From: Caedimonas varicaedens
Lineage (GTDB): Bacteria > Pseudomonadota > Alphaproteobacteria > Caedimonadales > Caedimonadaceae
Assembly: GCA_001192655.1 (NCBI GenBank)
Contig: BBVC01000067.1
Coordinates: 1 to 29,814, forward strand
Reading direction: 5' to 3'
Length of the DNA stretch: 29,814 bases
Shown here: piece by piece, positions 9,427 to 17,542 of the stretch
How positions within the stretch are numbered: the stretch's first letter is position 1
Layout of the letters: each line of letters opens with the position of its first letter
Translations under genes and position numbers: made by a program
Notes under the pieces: generated by a model
The model's input: only the letters and a program-made list of their open reading frames with translations
Told to the model about the DNA's origin: nothing
Database searches by the model: none

Positions 9427-9446
9427 AAGTACTTATAAATGTACTT
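9427..9446. promoter_or_regulatory. Candidate yefM-yoeB operator: inverted repeat AAGTAC-N8-GTACTT, 25-45 bp upstream of yefM
   Basis: 6-bp arms are exact reverse complements. Two GTAC-core hexamers (AGTACT, TGTACT) sit 12 bp centre to centre. Paired TGTACA-core palindromes form the known E. coli YefM-YoeB operator. Confidence 0.4.
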
Positions 9447-9523
9447 TATGAGGTAACTCTTGTCAATCTATTTCACTATTTTCTGCTATTTCTTTGAAGA
9501 TACCTGGATCGCTACAGATTTCT

Positions 9524-10888
9524 TTACCACAAAGATCCTTGAGAAGATGGCTTTTGTTTTTTGAAAAGTTTCCCCTGCGCAGAGGGCTTGGGGGAAATAT
9601 CTTCTTTTTCTCTTTCAGGTAAAACCATAAGCGTACCGTCATGAAATACCAGTGCCAGAGTCTCTGCTTTTTTTGCCTCAGTTTTTGAAGCAACAAGTTC
9701 CTGATGCACGTTTTTCACGGCACAAAAACCTCGCTTGAGTGTATTATGGTAAGAAAAGCTTTCAAGCAGGGCACTCCATTGGTTCAGTTGTAAGGTGTAG
9801 TCCTTCATGAATCGTGTCTCTATCAGTGTCAGGCGACTGGTCAATGCCTGTAGTTGATGTTCAGCCAGACTTATTTGCTCGTATGGATGCTTAAGTCGTG
9901 CAGAAAGATTTTGTAGTGATTGGGATAAACGCTCAAAGAAAAGAGATTTCAATTGCTCAAGTCGAGTTCCTCTGTCATCACAGCGCTGCGCATATTCCTC
10001 ATAGAGCCTTTGCAACGCCCGTGCAGAACGATCTTCCAGCGCTTTCAAAAGTTGATAAAGATCAGCTCTGACAGGCACCGCACGTTCTGCGGCAGCAGTC
10101 GGTGTCGGTGCGCGCCAATCCGCAGCGTAATCAATAAGGGTTGTATCTGTTTCGTGACCGATGGCAGATATGAGGGGAATATGACTCTCTGCGGCAGCGC
10201 GGACAACGATTTCTTCATTAAACGCCCATAAATCTTCCAGACTCCCACCCCCTCTGGCAACAATAAGAAGTTCCGGCCTGGGAATAGAACCTTTCAAGGG
10301 CAATTCATTAAATCCTCTGATGGCCGCTGCAATTTGTTCAGCAGCTCCTTCTCCCTGAACTAAAACAGGCCACAGGATCACAGGCGTTGGGAAGCGATCG
10401 CCCAAACGGTGGAGAATATCGCGAATGACAGCACCCGTAGGAGAGGTCACAATACCAATCAGGCGTGGTAAAAAAGGAAGAAGTTTTTTACGTTCCTGCG
10501 CAAATAACCCTTCAACTGCAAGGCGTTTCTTGCGTTCCTCCAGGATTTTAAGAAGAGCCCCCTCACCTGCAATTTCCATAGATTCAATAATAAATTGATA
10601 TTTTGAACGTCCTGCATAGGTTGTAATTCTTCCAGTTCCAATTACCTCCATCCCATCTTCTGGACGAAATGAGAGAGAAGAGACGACACCGCGCCAACAG
10701 ACGGCATCCAGCACAGATTGCGCGTCTTTAAAAGCGCAATACAGGTGCCCTGACGTATGAATTTTAGCCCCAGAAATTTCGCCACGCACACGAATATGAT
10801 TGAAAGTTTGCTCAAGCGTGTTTTTAATATTGTAAGAAATCTCGCTTACCGAGTATTCTCTCAACAGAGAAATAGCTGATGAATCCAT
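9524..10888 (-). CDS. xseA: Exodeoxyribonuclease VII large subunit
   Basis: OB-fold N-terminus ([27 protein letters not shown]), [34 protein letters not shown], and a C-terminal coiled coil. Confidence 0.9.
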   Translation of the reverse strand: MDSSAISLLREYSVSEISYNIKNTLEQTFNHIRVRGEISGAKIHTSGHLYCAFKDAQSVLDAVCWRGVVSSLSFRPEDGMEVIGTGRITTYAGRSKYQFIIESMEIAGEGALLKILEERKKRLAVEGLFAQERKKLLPFLPRLIGIVTSPTGAVIRDILHRLGDRFPTPVILWPVLVQGEGAAEQIAAAIRGFNELPLKGSIPRPELLIVARGGGSLEDLWAFNEEIVVRAAAESHIPLISAIGHETDTTLIDYAADWRAPTPTAAAERAVPVRADLYQLLKALEDRSARALQRLYEEYAQRCDDRGTRLEQLKSLFFERLSQSLQNLSARLKHPYEQISLAEHQLQALTSRLTLIETRFMKDYTLQLNQWSALLESFSYHNTLKRGFCAVKNVHQELVASKTEAKKAETLALVFHDGTLMVLPEREKEDISPKPSAQGKLFKKQKPSSQGSLW

Positions 10889-10948
10889 TATGAAGGCATA
10901 ATCATTAAATGTTAATCCGCGACTCTCGTATTAAATGAAACATTTTGG

Positions 10949-12190
10949 ATGAATACAACCCTGAAAGTGATTAACGACATGGACTATTGGAATTTTTTTA
11001 ACGCTTCCCTGACCAAAATGAAATCAGAAGGGCGTTATCGCATTTTTCAAAGCCTTGAACGTTGTGTGGGCGAATTTCCCTATGCTATGCGCCAGACATC
11101 AAATGGAACTCAAAAAACCATCATATGGTGTGGCAATGATTATTTGGGCATGGGGCAAAATCCTGATGTGATTGCATCAATGATTGAAACAATTCAACGT
11201 ATTGGTGCAGGTTCAGGGGGGACACGCAATATTTCAGGAACAACCAATCCTCATGTTTTTTTGGAAGAAGAGATCGCTACTTTGCACGATCAGGAAGCAG
11301 CCCTTGTTTTTACTTCTGGATATGTTGCCAATGAAACAACTCTTGCTACTTTGGGGTCCGCATTGCCTGGTTGCGTTATCCTGTCAGATGCACACAATCA
11401 TGCTTCAATGATTGAAGGTATTCGTCATTCAAAAGCTGAAAAGATTATTTTCAAACACAATGACTATGGGGATTTAGAGTCCCATCTCCAAAAAATCGAT
11501 CCCGTACGCCCAAAAATTGTTGCCTTTGAATCTATATATTCTATGGAAGGAGACATTGCGCCCATTCAGGAATTAGCAGAAGTTTCAAAAAAATATAATG
11601 CTCTCGTTTATCTGGATGAAGTCCATGGCGTTGGAATGTATGGGCATAAGGGGGGTGGAATCGCACAAATGCGGAAGATTTCCCATCTGATTGACATTAC
11701 CCAGGGAACATTGGGGAAAGCTTATGGGCTTATGGGTGGATATATTGCTGGCAAAGCGCCCCTCATTGATTTTGTCCGCAGTATGGCTCCTGGTTTTATT
11801 TTTACAACCTCCCTACCCCCTTCCATTGTAGCGGGGGCCGTCACGAGCATCCAACATCTTAAGCAAAGCCGCATTGAACGAGAATGTCACCAGTCCAATG
11901 CAGCCTATCTTAAAAAGAAACTTGAGCAAACTCAAATTCCCTATCTTGAAAGTGAGAGCCATATCGTTCCTGTGATTGTTGGTGATGCGAAAATTTGTAA
12001 GGAAGTTGCAAAAAAATTGCTGAATGATTACGATATATACGTTCAGCCTATTAATTATCCTACTGTTCCCATGGGGACAGAACGTCTGCGCCTGACCCCT
12101 TCTGCTCTTCATACATTTGAAATGATTGATGAATTGGTAGAAGCTCTGACGGCTATATGGGACGCGATGTCGCTTAAAAAAGCTGCGTAA
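10949..12190 (+). CDS. hemA: 5-aminolevulinate synthase (alphaproteobacterial C4 haem pathway)
   Basis: GRYRIF...FPYA...WCGNDYLGMGQ, DEVHGVGMYG, and PLP-lysine context TLGKAYGLMGGYIAG. The true start may be the second ATG at 10979 (MDYWNFF). Confidence 0.9.
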   Translation: MNTTLKVINDMDYWNFFNASLTKMKSEGRYRIFQSLERCVGEFPYAMRQTSNGTQKTIIWCGNDYLGMGQNPDVIASMIETIQRIGAGSGGTRNISGTTNPHVFLEEEIATLHDQEAALVFTSGYVANETTLATLGSALPGCVILSDAHNHASMIEGIRHSKAEKIIFKHNDYGDLESHLQKIDPVRPKIVAFESIYSMEGDIAPIQELAEVSKKYNALVYLDEVHGVGMYGHKGGGIAQMRKISHLIDITQGTLGKAYGLMGGYIAGKAPLIDFVRSMAPGFIFTTSLPPSIVAGAVTSIQHLKQSRIERECHQSNAAYLKKKLEQTQIPYLESESHIVPVIVGDAKICKEVAKKLLNDYDIYVQPINYPTVPMGTERLRLTPSALHTFEMIDELVEALTAIWDAMSLKKAA

Positions 12191-12266
12191 AAAATTTCTT
12201 GATATAATTGAAAACATTATTTTAATTAAACTTTTTTAACTTACACATAATGCGTATGATCATCTG

Positions 12267-12283
12267 TGTACATAATATGTACA
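12267..12283. repeat. Perfect 8-1-8 palindrome TGTACATA-A-TATGTACA (two TGTACA hexamers) in the hemA-ccmA spacer
   Basis: Read directly: arm 2 is the exact reverse complement of arm 1. No T-run follows and the loop would be too small for a hairpin terminator, so a protein-binding site is more likely. Confidence 0.6.
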
Positions 12284-12394
12284 GAAGCAAGTAGCAGGGG
12301 GCTGCTTTAGCTTTTACGCAGGAAGGCTAGAAGGCAATGCCCACCCCCACCAAAAATATTCCCAATCCTGAAATTAGTCTTGTTACCTTGATTC

Positions 12395-13066
12395 TTGTCC
12401 ATTACAAATAGAAAGAGACGTTTTTCTTTTGAAAGAACTGAATCCTTGAAAATCATCCTTGATTGCGTTTCTCTTAAAAAAGGCGGATGTTTTCTTTTTC
12501 GCAATCTTTCTTTTGCATTAGGACCTGGAGAAATGCTTGAAATTATTGGGCCGAATGGATGTGGAAAAACTTCCTTTTTAAAAATGATGGCAGGTTTATC
12601 GCAACCTACAGAAGGCACTCTCTCCTTTCCTCTTTTTTTCAAAAATCCTCTTTATTTGTCCTTGCGTTCAGGCTTTGATGAAGATCTTACGGCTTATGAA
12701 AACCTTCAATACCTGCTGGCGCTAGAACGTCAGAAATGTCCAGATTTGTCAGATACTCTCAAGAGAATGGGGATAACTTCTTTTAAAGATCAACCCTTAC
12801 AACAATTTTCATCTGGTGAGAAACAGCGCATTAGTCTTGCTCGCCTACTTCTATTAAATCGCCCCTGCTGGCTGCTTGATGAACCTGTCACTTCTCTAGA
12901 TAGTAAAGGAGAAGAAATATTCAGAGAAATTTGTAGAGAGCATCTAAAGCAAGGGGGAATAATTCTGATTGCTTCTCCCAAGCTCTTGTCTCTGGGGAAA
13001 ACACTTTACCTGAAAGATTATGATAAGCCTTTTGCACAGCTATCAAATTCTTGGGAAAATCTATGA
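12395..13066 (+). CDS. ccmA: Cytochrome c maturation heme-exporter ATPase CcmA
   Basis: Walker A GPNGCGKTS, ABC signature FSSGEKQRISLARL, Walker B CWLLDEP. Followed by ccmB with an ATGA overlap. There is no in-frame ATG. The start is either the TTG at 12395 or the TTG at 12446. Confidence 0.82.
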   Translation: MSITNRKRRFSFERTESLKIILDCVSLKKGGCFLFRNLSFALGPGEMLEIIGPNGCGKTSFLKMMAGLSQPTEGTLSFPLFFKNPLYLSLRSGFDEDLTAYENLQYLLALERQKCPDLSDTLKRMGITSFKDQPLQQFSSGEKQRISLARLLLLNRPCWLLDEPVTSLDSKGEEIFREICREHLKQGGIILIASPKLLSLGKTLYLKDYDKPFAQLSNSWENL

Positions 13067-13710
13067 ATCCTTATATTATTGGCAATGAATTTTATAGAGT
13101 TTTCAGGAATTCCAGGGAAATCTTCCTTTCCCAGGGGTTCAATCTCCTTATTGTAGGAATATTCGCTTTTATGTTGCACGATCTGCTTCCTCTCTATCCC
13201 CAAATAGGGACTGCTTTCTATTGGTTTGCGCAAAGCTTCTCTCTTCTTTTGCTCAGCAATCATCTTTTTAAAAAGGATTTACATCAGGGTTTTATTTTAA
13301 ACGTTTTAAATTCTCAAACTTCCCTGTCAAGTTTTCTAGTCAGTCGTTGGGTTGCTTTTACGATTACCCTAACTCTCTGTACAGGTCTTATGTCACCTCT
13401 TCTTTTATTGCTGTTGAGCGTCCCCTTTGAAAACTGGCTATATTTTCTCTTACTTTTATTGCCATTTAATGGGATTGTAGGAGCGTATGGCGGCTTATTA
13501 TCCCTTCTGATGGAAGGAAGCAGAAGCTATCTTCTCCCCTTTCTACTTTTACCTCTTATATTACCCCTTTTTATTCTCTCGATAGGTGGAGCTTCTCATG
13601 AAAATTTCATCTCTATTTTTTTGCTACACTTAACGATTATGTTTTTTAGTCTTCCTTTTATTATCGGGATTTCCAGCCATATTCTTCATTATTTATGTGA
13701 ATCTTTTTAA
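13063..13710 (+). CDS. ccmB: Heme exporter membrane protein CcmB
   Basis: Polytopic membrane protein of the right size directly after ccmA. Its ATG overlaps the ccmA stop (CTATGA). The ORF-track TTG at 13051 is less likely. Confidence 0.8.
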   Translation: MNPYIIGNEFYRVFRNSREIFLSQGFNLLIVGIFAFMLHDLLPLYPQIGTAFYWFAQSFSLLLLSNHLFKKDLHQGFILNVLNSQTSLSSFLVSRWVAFTITLTLCTGLMSPLLLLLLSVPFENWLYFLLLLLPFNGIVGAYGGLLSLLMEGSRSYLLPFLLLPLILPLFILSIGGASHENFISIFLLHLTIMFFSLPFIIGISSHILHYLCESF

Positions 13711-13880
13711 TTAATACATTGTTAATATAGTATTTTTATAATACACGTGATTATTTTTTAAAATATATTGAAAAAAGATAAAATCTTTACGTCTTTTTAA
13801 GATAATTCTATTTAAATAGAGAGTAGATGTATTGGATCTGGAGATATTTTTATGTCTCTAAATAAAAAGGGAGAAGAATA

Positions 13881-15773
13881 ATGAGGGAGAGTATTCAACA
13901 TAAATTGGACGTTGTGCGTCCTCCACGAGTTCAGATTACTTATGATGTCGAACTTGCTGGTGCAGTTACCAGTCGTGAATTACCTTATGTTTTGGGAGTC
14001 ATGGCTGATTTATCAGGTATGTCAGCAGTCGCCAAAGCGCCTCTTAAAGAGCGCAAGTTTGCTGATATCGCCAGCGATAATTTCAATGATATTATGAAAT
14101 CAGTCAGTCCACGGGTTCAAATTAACGTTACTAATAAAATAAACGGTGGGAAAACGCCTTTAGGCGTAGATCTGACCTTTGTAGCAATGGATGATTTTGA
14201 ACCTCTTAATGTTGTTCAGCAAGCGCCTGCCCTTAAAGCATTGTTTGATTCTCGAACACGCCTCAACGATCTTTTGGGGAAATTGGATGGTAACGAAAAT
14301 CTTAATCGCGTCCTTGACGGGGTGTTGACAAGTGGCGATAAAAAAACCGACGTTGATGCCGTTATTAAAGATGCTAACCTTGTTCGTGATTCTTCACAAA
14401 CAGATAACGCAAAACTGATTGTCACCGAATTTCTTTCCTTATTGGATAAGAATGAGGTGCAGGCAGCTGATTCAATTGCTGTTGTTTCTCAAAAGATTTC
14501 TCAACTAGACCACGTTATTTCGGATCAGTTGAATGAAATTCTACATCATCCAGATTTCCTGCGTCTTGAAGCAACATGGAGAGGATTATGGTTCTTGTTG
14601 ACGAATACAGATCAGGGAGCAGGACTTAAAATTCGTTTGCTCAATATCTCCAAACAGGAATTGCAATATGATTTGGAAAAAGCCATAGAGTTCGATCAAA
14701 GCCAACTTTTCAAGAAAATTTATGAGGAAGAGTACGGTACATTTGGGGGTGCTCCTTATTCAGTTCTGCTGTCAGATTTGGAATTTGGTCGTTCTCCTGA
14801 AGATATCACACTTTTGACAAAGATTTCTCAAGTAGCTGCTGCGGCTCATGCCCCCTTTATTGCGGCATCTCAGCCCAGCTTGTTTGATTTGAACAGCTTT
14901 GCTGAGCTTGGATACCCTCGTGATTTGTCACGTGTTTTCGAAAGCACTGAGCTTGGAAAATGGAATGCGTTCCGTGAATCGGAAGATTCACGCTATGTGG
15001 CTCTTACCTTGCCTCACGTTTTGATGAGGGCGCCTTATGGGGATAATGGCACTGTTGTCTATGGCATGAATTTCCAGGAAGACGTAGATGGCGTCGATAA
15101 TTCGAAATTCTGTTGGGGAAGCGCCGCCTGGTCACTGGCACAGCGGGTATTGAACTCGGCTGGCCTTTATGGTTGGCCTGCTGCCATTCGTGGCGTTGAG
15201 GGCGGTGGTTTGGTTGAAGATCTTCCTTACTATACCTTCAAGACGACAGACGGAGACATTGCATTAAAATGCCCCACGGAAGTATCCATCACAGATCGTC
15301 GAGAAAAAGAACTGAGTGATCTTGGCTTTATTGCACTTTGTCATTGCAAGAATCGTGATTACGCTGCTTTCTTCAGTGCGCAAACAACGCAAAAATCCAA
15401 GCTTTATAACCTGGATCAGGCAAATGCAAATGCTCAGTTATCAAGTCGGCTGACTTACATTCTGGCTGCCTCTCGCTTTGCCCATTATATAAAAGTGATT
15501 ATGCGCGATAAAATTGGCAGCTTTATGTCACGTACAGAGGTTGAAAGTTTTCTTAATAAATGGATTGCCTCTTATGTGTTGCTGACAGATGAAGCAGATC
15601 AAGTTGCAAAGTCACGCTTTCCTTTGCGGGAAGCACGAATTGAAGTGGTAGATGTTCCTGGACAACCTGGAAATTATCGTGCTGTTGTGTTCCTCAGACC
15701 GCATTTCCAGTTGGAAGCACTAACAGCCTCTTTAAGATTGGTTGCAAATCTGCCAAGACCCGCAGCACGTTAA
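13881..15773 (+). CDS. tssBC: Type VI secretion contractile sheath protein encoded as a single TssB(VipA)-TssC(VipB) fusion polypeptide
   Basis: aa 1-150 are TssB-like: PPRVQITYDVE, RELPYVLGVMADLSG, KERKF..I..DNFNDIM, DLTFVAMDDFEPLNVV, ALKALFDSRTRLNDL. aa ~205-630 are TssC-like: QLNEILHHPDFLRLEATWRGLWFLL, LFKKIYEEEYGTFGGAPYS, AAAAHAPFIAA, LPHVLMRAPYG, RFAHYIKVIMRDKIGSF, PGNYRAVVFLRPHFQLE. GGGAGAAG RBS before the ATG. No stop codon and no in-frame ATG lies between the two parts. Confidence 0.85.
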   Translation: MRESIQHKLDVVRPPRVQITYDVELAGAVTSRELPYVLGVMADLSGMSAVAKAPLKERKFADIASDNFNDIMKSVSPRVQINVTNKINGGKTPLGVDLTFVAMDDFEPLNVVQQAPALKALFDSRTRLNDLLGKLDGNENLNRVLDGVLTSGDKKTDVDAVIKDANLVRDSSQTDNAKLIVTEFLSLLDKNEVQAADSIAVVSQKISQLDHVISDQLNEILHHPDFLRLEATWRGLWFLLTNTDQGAGLKIRLLNISKQELQYDLEKAIEFDQSQLFKKIYEEEYGTFGGAPYSVLLSDLEFGRSPEDITLLTKISQVAAAAHAPFIAASQPSLFDLNSFAELGYPRDLSRVFESTELGKWNAFRESEDSRYVALTLPHVLMRAPYGDNGTVVYGMNFQEDVDGVDNSKFCWGSAAWSLAQRVLNSAGLYGWPAAIRGVEGGGLVEDLPYYTFKTTDGDIALKCPTEVSITDRREKELSDLGFIALCHCKNRDYAAFFSAQTTQKSKLYNLDQANANAQLSSRLTYILAASRFAHYIKVIMRDKIGSFMSRTEVESFLNKWIASYVLLTDEADQVAKSRFPLREARIEVVDVPGQPGNYRAVVFLRPHFQLEALTASLRLVANLPRPAAR

Positions 15774-15802
15774 GGTAAAAAAAGAAATTTTAGGAGGATA
15801 TT

Positions 15803-16402
15803 ATGCCAACAGATGCAGTAGCCGGAATTAATCCCGAACATTCAAGAGCCCTCGAAAACTTTCGAGGGGTTGAAAGGCCTCTTGACCAACGCGTTCCTTC
15901 ATCAATTTATGTTCAAAGCACCGCAACACCACAATACATGGTGAAAATGGACGATCTTGTAAAGTCCAGTGTTCAAAAATTTGAAGGCGCAATTCAGCTG
16001 TATCACTTTGATTTTGAAGTTTCCCGCTTCACTAATCCCAATACGGCTCATCAACAGTATTCATCAGGTCGTGTGCAATTTGACAATCCATTGCTTATTA
16101 TACCCAATGGTATTCACACGCCTAATATCATGAATCGTCTGATTACCGGTATTTTAGTCAAGGAAATTAAAATTTCTCGCCTTCAGAATATTGATGAAAC
16201 GAACGTTGAAGCAGAAGCGATTACTTTCACGAACTGTTACTATCAAAATGTGACGCCCAAGTACGACTCTCTCATTATTACGTTCAGGTTCGTTGAATAT
16301 ATGCACTTAACGACCTACTATGAACAAGATGGAACCGCTAAAGGTAATAATGTGGTTAGCTATAACATGAGTACTGGCGAGCATAAGGTTCAAGGTGGTT
16401 GA
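15803..16402 (+). CDS. hcp: Divergent Hcp-like (TssD) inner-tube protein candidate with a ~43-aa N-terminal extension
   Basis: Position directly after the sheath gene, with a strong AGGAGG RBS. From aa ~44 the pattern resembles Hcp: YMVKMDD....FEGAIQLYHFDFEVS, SGRVQFDNPLLIIPNGIHTPNIMNRLITG, EAEAITFTNCYYQNV, LIITFRFVEYMHLTTYYEQDGTAKG..VSYNM. Compare Hcp1 STPNLM, ITL..V.V, Y.PQ..DG. The similarity is weak. Confidence 0.55.
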   Translation: MPTDAVAGINPEHSRALENFRGVERPLDQRVPSSIYVQSTATPQYMVKMDDLVKSSVQKFEGAIQLYHFDFEVSRFTNPNTAHQQYSSGRVQFDNPLLIIPNGIHTPNIMNRLITGILVKEIKISRLQNIDETNVEAEAITFTNCYYQNVTPKYDSLIITFRFVEYMHLTTYYEQDGTAKGNNVVSYNMSTGEHKVQGG

Positions 16403-16414
16403 TCTTCCTGACTG

Positions 16415-16912
16415 TTGGATTTAGTAATGAAATATACAAGCCAGTCCTTGTCGAAGAATGTTCAAAAAGGGGTGTATGCGCCCCTTTTTGATTGTCTGTC
16501 CAAAGAAGAGATAGAAATTGTTCTCGATTTGAAGGGATTAAAAGAGTCTATCGCCCGCGAGCTTGAAACAATCTTGAATACAAGACCTGTTGCCAGAGAT
16601 TGGAAACTAGGTGACGCTGTTTATGAAATTGCCCAACATCTTCCTCAATACTTTGGCCTACGGGATTTTACTTTCCAACAAGCCGCCAATGAAGTCGGAA
16701 GACGAGCTATTGTTCAAGAAATCATAAAAGTCATTCAAGCCTATGAACCTCGCCTTAAAAACGTACAGGTCAAGCTGAGTCTTTCTCCCACGCATAGTTT
16801 GTCTGCGACGGTTGAGATTTCAGGAGATGTGAAATTTGGCAATGTCATGGAACGCACTATCTTCCCCGTCCGCGTCAAGAATCTCTTCCATCCTCAATCT
16901 CAATCAGCGTAA
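16415..16912 (+). CDS. tssE: T6SS baseplate protein TssE (gp25-like)
   Basis: SIARELETILNTRPV, QYFGLRDFT, and IIKVIQAYEPRLKNVQVKLS...TVEISGDV fit the TssE/GPW_gp25 pattern. The start is either the TTG at 16415 or the ATG at 16427. Confidence 0.78.
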   Translation: MDLVMKYTSQSLSKNVQKGVYAPLFDCLSKEEIEIVLDLKGLKESIARELETILNTRPVARDWKLGDAVYEIAQHLPQYFGLRDFTFQQAANEVGRRAIVQEIIKVIQAYEPRLKNVQVKLSLSPTHSLSATVEISGDVKFGNVMERTIFPVRVKNLFHPQSQSA

Positions 16913-16917
16913 AAGAC

Positions 16918-17211
16918 TTATGGATGGGGAGTAATTGCAATGATCGTGATTTCTTTTTTCCCCGGACCATAATGCCAGAACACTCTATAAGCTTGAGGTG
17001 TTTTATTCTCGGCATAAGCTTCAAATATTTCTATGCCAAATTCCCGCGTTAAAGATTCATATTTATGAGTATTCAAACTTGGGTGCCTTGGATTTTTTTC
17101 GAGATACCCCAGCGCTTTCCTAACAGCTTTAAGGCGTTTGCAAAAGTTCCTATTTTCCTCTAGTTCCATAAGATTAGAAGAGGCTATATCAGTAAATTTC
17201 AGCTTATACAC
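16918..17211 (-). CDS. RelE/ParE-superfamily type II toxin
   Basis: 97 aa. The C-terminal pattern AYRVFWHYGPGKKEITIIAITPHP is typical of RelE/ParE-like toxins. Located directly downstream of a small AbrB-type antitoxin gene. Confidence 0.6.
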   Translation of the reverse strand: MYKLKFTDIASSNLMELEENRNFCKRLKAVRKALGYLEKNPRHPSLNTHKYESLTREFGIEIFEAYAENKTPQAYRVFWHYGPGKKEITIIAITPHP

Positions 17212-17229
17212 GAATCAGGCTTTTAATTT

Positions 17230-17496
17230 TTATTCATCAATATATTTTGAAAAACTTCCAAGATCCTTTATATTTTTCTGAGAAGATTGCATCAAGCCTA
17301 TTTTTACCCTTCTCAAAGCTTCTCTATTCTTAAAAAGCCAATCTTCTTGCAAGGGTATTTCTATATAAGGTTCAAGGATAATTTTATTGCTATTTTTATC
17401 GTATACCATTTTAAATCCACTTATACCTTGAGTTAATTTACCAAGGTTAATTCTGCCTTTTGAATCAGGGCGAAGAACTTTTTCTTGCATGGTCAT
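17230..17496 (-). CDS. AbrB/SpoVT/MazE-fold type II antitoxin
   Basis: The N-terminus VLRPDSKGRINLGKL resembles a swapped-hairpin AbrB motif. I prefer the ATG at 17496 (GAGGAGAG 5 nt upstream) over the ORF-track ATG at 17511. Confidence 0.55.
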   Translation of the reverse strand: MTMQEKVLRPDSKGRINLGKLTQGISGFKMVYDKNSNKIILEPYIEIPLQEDWLFKNREALRRVKIGLMQSSQKNIKDLGSFSKYIDE

Positions 17497-17542
17497 AATT
17501 TCTCTCCTCATATATATATCTTAACATATGTGGGTAATAATC

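Noticed and set aside
9463-9696. 77-aa minus-strand ORF overlapping the 3' end of xseA.
   Set aside because: It is an alternative frame of the xseA C-terminal region. The xseA frame is continuous and ends at 9524.
12293-12306. Hairpin AGCAG-GGGG-CTGCT as a hemA terminator.
   Set aside because: It has a 5-bp stem and a poor T-tract (TTTAGCTTTT), so support is insufficient.
12307-12642. 111-aa minus-strand ORF spanning the hemA-ccmA spacer and the 5' part of ccmA.
   Set aside because: It is antisense to the Walker-A region of ccmA and its sequence is not protein-like. The ccmA frame explains the region.
14340-14346. A7 homopolymer in the TssB-TssC linker as the cause of an artefactual gene fusion.
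   Set aside because: Translating the +1 A and -1 A variants gives an early stop for the TssB part. It leaves the TssC part without any ATG or plausible start and with a severely shortened N-terminus. The in-frame fusion is the more parsimonious reading, though a read-level check is still advised.
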